From Marsupella aquatica (taxonomy: Eukaryota > Plantae > Marchantiophyta): a stretch of 64,000 bases of DNA. The stretch spans positions 15,120,861 to 15,184,860 of the forward strand of contig OZ316892.1 in NCBI GenBank assembly GCA_973895155.1, in the 5' to 3' direction. The notes beneath the pieces were generated by a model, which worked only from the letters and a program-made list of their open reading frames with translations, was not told the DNA's origin and did no database searches. Position numbers and translations under genes: made by a program. This document shows, one piece after another, positions 57,361 through 64,000 of this stretch (the first letter of the stretch is position 1; the number at the start of each line of letters is the position of its first letter).

Positions 57361-60044
57361 TCCCTGTTGGAATGGGTCTTAATATATTCTCTTTCTTTGG
57401 GCACGTAGATCTTTGGTGTCAGTTTGATCATCAGCGCTGCGCGATATTGAAATTTGCATTTAATTCATCAAATTACGCGCTGGAATAAGGTGCTGAAGGA
57501 AGAGAGATTTAGCTTCGTTAGGGGGTTGGGTGGGTGCACCAGACGTATTAATTGTCCTTTCTGTTAGAACTTGATGAAGGTCATGAAATGATGCGCCGTG
57601 AGAGGTCTTCGAGTCATAGAGAGTTTAGCACTGCACGGGTCGATACGCACAGCGCTTCGTGCATCTAAACATATGGTGTTTTTTGGTAGTATGCCACTGT
57701 AAGATTCACCGCTATGCAAGGTCCTTCAGATTTTTAGGGATTTTTCGTTGTCTTTTTAGATTTAATACCTGGCAACTGGCTCAACGGATGAAGACAAAGC
57801 TACGTGAAAAATGGTCTTCGCCACATAACGTTTGTTGTTTCCATCCATGTTGGGAAGCTCAGGGTACTGTAGTTCATCCTTTTTCCTGGGGGTATTTTGG
57901 TTTCATCGGGCCGTTTGACTGAGAATTTGATGTAGTAAATGTTGGTGAATGGTCGGCAGGTTCTCCGTGAATCCTTGTGATCTGTGGGATGGGATGAATA
58001 GTTAGTGGTACCATGTGTATTTGAATGCTCTCCTTTGGTTTTTGGTCCGCAGGCAGGAGGCTGGTGCAGTCGCAAATGGGGAGATGTCCCTAGAAGCAAC
58101 CATGTATATGAATGCATGAGTTTGTTCGTATAAAAAACATACTCTCTTAAATCGTCAAAACACTTATCTGGTATGTAGTGATCTAAAGCTTTATTGTGTA
58201 AAGATACTAAGTTGCAGGTTTTTAAATTATCCTATTCTGACTTCCTGTCTATTCTTTTCGGCCAACAATATCATCAAGGAACCGATTGTGGTATGATTTG
58301 CAAATTTGTCAAGGATTAGGCTTCTCGACCCCCCTCCTTTCAGCTCTCGACCCCCCCCACCTCCCTCCTTTCAGGCAGGCGGTCCCTTCCATCCCCTTCC
58401 ATCTTCTCTACTGCTTAAAAAGTTAAAGAAATTCCTTGCTATGATCAAATGAGGAGTTCTTCGACGTGACTGAACTTAGAGGCAATGCAGGCGTTCTTGG
58501 TAGGGTACTTGGTATGTGCATGGCTCTTTCTCAGGCCTCAGTGGCTTTTTTGAGTCTTACCGGCTGACTGGTAGTTTATGACTCTTGCAGACTAGGTGAG
58601 CTCCGACTTGTGTGAGGATTGAGGGGTCAAAGTTATACTGTCCTGAGACGGACTCGGAAGTGAATTTTGTTTAGCTTCATGTAGAATGGGCTATGGGTGG
58701 GGACGTCCTACGGGTTTACTCCATTTCCCTCCATCTGGATTGTTGCTTCCACTGAGTTTTTTTATGTTGGTGCTTTTGGATGGAGCGGTAAATATTCTCT
58801 ATCTACGTGTTACCTGTTAATTATTTTCTCCCTTGAGCTGATAGGCTTCGAATCTATCAGTTTCAACTTGCCTACTCAGTTTTGGCGCATTTGCAAACCA
58901 GTAGCAAGACTCAGTTTTACTGAATGAGGACAGTTCTACATTCCAACAATGGCTAAAAACTTACTCAAAATGTAGTCATTTCCCAAAACATTGATTTGAT
59001 TTGATTAATGATTTTTCACATGCCCGTGTTTTTGCCTAATGTCGGGAAATTTTGCAATGCCACCTGACACCACTTTGGGGTCCTTTCTCATCTTCCTCCA
59101 AACTTTCCTCTGTAACAGATCGTGTAATGCAGTGAATAGATACTAAAAGTAGTCCTCAATATTATGATTTTTTCCATGGGTAAGAGGTTGCTCTTCCAAG
59201 ATTGTCTACCATGTGGACAGCCCAGAACTTACTTTCTATTGCCTCACTCGAGCCAAGCTTTGACTACAGCGAACCTTATACTCTAGAACTCGTATACTCT
59301 AGGTGAACTTGTATACTCTATAGGATAACAACCTACCCTGCTAGGCCAGTAGGCTTCTGATTATCCCGAAGGCATAGCTTTGGATTGACTCGAGTGGGCA
59401 CCAATTTTTCTTCACAAGCAATTCCTTTCTTCGTAAGCGATTTTCTTCACATGCAATTCTTTTCTTCACAAGCAATTTTCCTCACAAGCAATTCCTTCCT
59501 TCAAAATGCAATTCAACTATTCTCATTGAGCTTTGTGAATTCAATTCAAACTCAAGGAACTGAACAACCATTCCTGTCAAAAGCTACAACATTGAACTAC
59601 CTGTACTTCCATACATTAATCTTTTACAGACAAATTGAAGAGAAATTAATCTTCTATAAAATTTGCAGTTTTGATAGGTCGGGTGACTTTAAGACTTGCA
59701 GTCTTGATAGGTAGGGTGAATGTACCACAAATGGGAATGCCTCATCAAAATTTGTGAGAAATTTTTGTTGAACATGAGCCTGAGTAATTTTTGTGGATCA
59801 TGATAGATCAAGTTCTTAGTCATGTTTCCTTTGGGTTAGAGTTATTATGTATTCTCATATATTCTAATCAAAATCATGTATTGGGTTAAGATTTGATACG
59901 CCACTATTATATTCATTAGCAAGATTCAACTAGTGAATGAACTTAGGTTCATTGTTACAGGTCATTTAAATCATATCTGTCCATATAAAAGCCTCATTCC
60001 CACCCTCACTACTCATTCCTGACATGGTGAATGGTGAGAGTGCT

Positions 60045-60134
60045 CACCATAAATGGTGGAGCACCTGCTAATAAAAGGTTATGCACCTTCACCATAAATG
60101 GTGGAGCACTTGCTAATAAAAGGTTATGCACCTT
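60045..60134. repeat. 45-bp tandem duplication
   Basis: CACCATAAATGGTGGAGCAC.TGCTAATAAAAGGTTATGCACCTT occurs twice. Confidence 0.9.
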
Positions 60135-62229
60135 TCTGGAGCTCAAGCCCATTTCTGAAGAGTTCAGATGTTCAGAAACAATACTTAGGACTCATCAATC
60201 GAGTCTGGAGATTGGATTAATCAAAGATGTCATTTTTTGAAGTTTTTGGTGGAAGTTGACATGATTGATTTCTTGACAATGGTTTGGAGAGAAAATTTTG
60301 TATTTTGAGCTTGTGGGAGATGTGTTGAGTGTAACAAGGCATGCCATAGCTCTTATGAAAAATAGCTGATGTTTGTGGAGCACGTGAGATGAGACAAGTG
60401 GGAATTAATACTTCATGTGGTTTGTTGGCAAGCTATGGAGTTTTAGTTGTTGCCTACAGTAATTTTTGTGGTCATGAGCGACTCAGATGGAGGATTTCCA
60501 TGGGAAGTTCCTTCTAAAATCCCTGGAAGCTCGTGCAGCCATATCAACACTATTGGTCACAAACAAACAAGAATGGTTTGTTATGCAAAAAGTACCAAAC
60601 AAGCCTATGTGTGTTTGAAACAAGTCAAAGAAAAACCATTAGACCTTGTAACTGTAAAAACAATGGAAAACCAAAAAATAACATTTCAAATAAACAATGA
60701 AAAGTGTGAAAAGGGGGCAAAAGAAAATAACCTTTGTATGGGTTTTGATTGATATATCAGTGTTTTCCAGTAGATTGTACAAGTTAAGCAATTTTTGGAT
60801 AACCATGGGTAGAAAGAAACTTTTCAACTATTGTAACTTTTACCAAGATAACGTAAGAAATCATTTGGTTACTATGGAAAAAGGAACACCAAGGGAACAC
60901 AAGAAACCCTTTGACTACTATGGGATAAAAGATTACCAAAGCAATGTAATTAAGAAACCCTTTGGCATATATAGCATTTTGCCTGGACTCTATGGACATA
61001 GGAGTACCAAGGGAACGTTGTGCATGCACTTTTACCATGAATAATCGACTCATGTTTTCCTCTCATTTCCATATTCAAACCTATTCCAATATGCGACCGG
61101 GTATGCAACTCTTCATGTGCTCTAACTGAGTTGTTGAATAACATCAAACTCACGTAACCAAGGGGTCCTCAAACTAATTGAATAGATCAGAATGTTTCTG
61201 ATTTTATTTTATGATTGATGCTTTAACCCACAAGAGAAAGAGTCATAACACTTTCTAAACCAATAGACCAGCTGACAATGGAGATGCAGAACTTGGACGC
61301 TTTCTCCACCAATAGACCAGCTGACACTGCAGATGCACAATTGGACACGTTCAGATACAATGATCTTTTCGATTTTCTCATTGTAATACAGAAGTAACAA
61401 GGGAGGTAACAAGGTGGAAGCTCTTGTCATTTTTTTCTAGGACAACTGTGACTTGTGGACCAAATAATTTTTGGCTCAAAAAATGTATTACCCCCAAAAC
61501 CTTTTGACATTTTGGAGGTCAGAGGAGAAGCTTCCTTACCGGCTAGTGTTTAATTACTCCTTATTTTGGAGGTCTTATGCAAACATTCATTGAGGTTTTT
61601 AGTTTTTTGGGGTTTGGTTTCAAGGGGGTTTTAAGGTTTTTTTGTTTGGGTGCACACAAATTGTTTGCACTTGTGTGATTGTTGGCCACCATGTGTCCTT
61701 TGCCCACTCTAGTTCTCGGATATCTTGTGTGACAAGTAGCTTTGTAGCTCTGGCTGACGTGATTTTACCCAGTGCTGACCCAAGTTTTTGACCAAAACCC
61801 TCTTGGTCCTAGTCTTGATTTCCTTGCAGCAACCATTGCTCTGGTGTCACCTTTCTTGTGCATACCCCTTGTTGGGAGCTGGATTCTTTGCGCTGGCCTT
61901 CCTCTTTGCCAATGTTTGTATGCACAAGCATTGTCTTGGCCGTACATACCTTTTCTACACCCCATATATTTTGTGTTTATACAAGAGTTTTCCTAACCCC
62001 GTCTAGGGTCCTTTATAATCCCATTTTGTCTTCCTCTCCTTTTTTGCCAAAGTAGTCCATCGACCACATAATTTTAGTTTGCCAATTTTGCGTGCATGTT
62101 ACCACTTGAGTTAAATACTTTGTGAGATAAGATTTTGACTTCCAATGTAGGGAACTTGTTTTCTTTTCCAAAGATTAGTTCAAATCCTTGATAGACAAGA
62201 TTCAATCCCTAAAGCAGAGTCAAGGGGGA

Positions 62230-62600
62230 TTTGGTTAGACAGTTACTCTAGGACTCTAGGACTACTATGTAATCATAGTTAGTTTAACCATAGTAAAAAA
62301 AATTGCTTAAGGTTTGATGCACCACTAAGAGACAAGGAGAGCTTAGTTTTTGGGACTTGATATGGCCGATGGACATAAAGTGTAATAAAACTCACTTCAG
62401 TGTCCCCGTCGACATAACTTGAACAAGAGTGGTGAACCACATATTTCTTGTATCAACAACTTATGTGTTTGTTTGATGTTACACATATGCATGCTATCTA
62501 TGAGTAGCTATTGTTTACTACTTAGACACAAGTACATGAAATCTTGTGTTTTGCCATGCTCTCTCCTTATCTCTATCACTTTTTGCTAATAGAGGGCAGA
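62230..62600 (+). mobile_element. Degenerate Copia-like LTR remnant
   Basis: GTAATAAAA...CCCCGTCGACATAAC...GGTGAACCACATA...TGTATCAAC, the same motif order as the LTRs at 23 and 26 kb. Ends are unclear. Confidence 0.4.
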
Positions 62601-64000
62601 GTTCTACTAAGGAAAAACCATGTCATTTTGGGGTTTTGGCAATCTAGAAAATCTTTACCAGTCTAAATTCCACATAGAATTGGGCAAGTTATACTCTAAA
62701 TCATGGAATTATTTTTGATAGTGTGAAATTAATTCTAACTATGGAAAATATGGTGAAACTTTTGATCTAGAAGAATCCTTGCAAATGGCAGTGTAAAAAA
62801 TCATACAATGAATAGATAAAGTGCAAACATTGGAAACACATGCCAGCAAATTTAAATTTTATTAGCAACAGCTGATTAGCTAATTGTCAATGGCGTAGAT
62901 ATGGGAGGTAGGATTGAGCATCCATGGGCCAACCACTAAGTGACTAAAATCCACGGGCCACTGGTTTCAGATCTAACAACTAATATTACAAAAAGTTTAC
63001 CTTTATTTTCTCCATCTAGTTTTAGAGAGGATTAATTAGCTAGATCAAAGTGTTTCACAGGGGCTAGTGGCTTTTGAGACACTTAATAATACTCAAGTAA
63101 GTGTCACTTTCCGCATATAAGTTATCCCTCAGAATATTTTCTTAATGGAGGAATGGTAACTTATTCATACTAGATGAAGAATGCAATGCACTTCGTGGGT
63201 AGAAAACCTAAATACACCAACTAGTAGGATCAATGGAGTTTAGTTTTGTTTGTCATCTGTAAGTTTCAGCTTTTATCTATCCTTAGCCTTGCATTTTCTT
63301 GTTCCTTCTCATGCCTGTAGCAAAGCCAATGTTTGTAATCTATGATAATTTATCGTGTTGTCTGAGCATTATGCACTCCAATCCTAAATATTAAAAAGCC
63401 ACTTCCTCACTTCGTTAAGAACCAGTGTTGGCTGAGAGTCTTCCAAATTGTGAAACCAGGAGGGAGCTGAGGTGTCTTAAATATGACTAGATTATTGTCC
63501 TTGCCCTTGACTCAATCATGTTTCTGCATTTCTCATCTTCGTTAGACTAAAATGTGTTTCTTTGTGGCTACGATCAGTTTGAACCTTAATTGCTGTTTAT
63601 TACGAACCGTGTAATTTTGAAAAAGTAATCATGTGAATTTCTTTGAGCAACTTGTCTACCATACTTCTTTCAAATCGTGAGGGGAACTCTTCCATGACCT
63701 CGTAACCTATGCATTTGAAGCAATTTACTTTCTTCATCCAATGAAAAATAGAATTATGATGATGAATGCCAGGAGAGGTACTTACGAGATTTTGCGTAAG
63801 AGTTGATAGGAGCTGGTCATTATCATTAGAGTATTCACAGCCAACAAGTTCCAATTCTTCTGCATCCCAAAGTTGGTCAGTTCCTCACAGTACCGAATGC
63901 CAAGTTACATCACGCAAACCACTCTTATGGTGGAACTAAGAAATCACTGAAGGATTTGTGGTACTATGACATCAAATGTGTGAGGAGAGATTTGTGTGTT

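Noticed and set aside
63600-64000. Possible minus-strand exon at the right edge (LWDAEEL...|GTAAGT)
   Set aside because: In-frame stops upstream and no recognisable family. It cannot be resolved within the window.

Overview
Intron-rich land-plant nuclear DNA, probably from a bryophyte or other seed-free plant (inferred from gene style and a Replitron; species not determinable). Five host genes were reconstructed by hand from splice sites. (1) A multi-pass GPR107/TMEM87-like membrane protein, running off the left edge. (2) A large disordered protein with a C-terminal Cys/His motif. (3) A phytepsin-type aspartic protease. (4) Proteasome AAA-ATPase RPT6. (5) A phosphatidylinositol transfer protein (PITP). 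Intergenic space holds TE debris: a TIR element, Helitron-like ends, solo LTRs and LINE/Copia/Gypsy remnants. The main findings are: a Replitron-type HUH transposon preceded by an overlapping SWIM-like zinc-finger ORF and nested among Helitron-like termini; a likely pair of mutually exclusive exons in the phytepsin saposin insert; and a U12-type intron plus an 8-nt microexon in the PITP gene. All family assignments come from motif recognition, with no database search.
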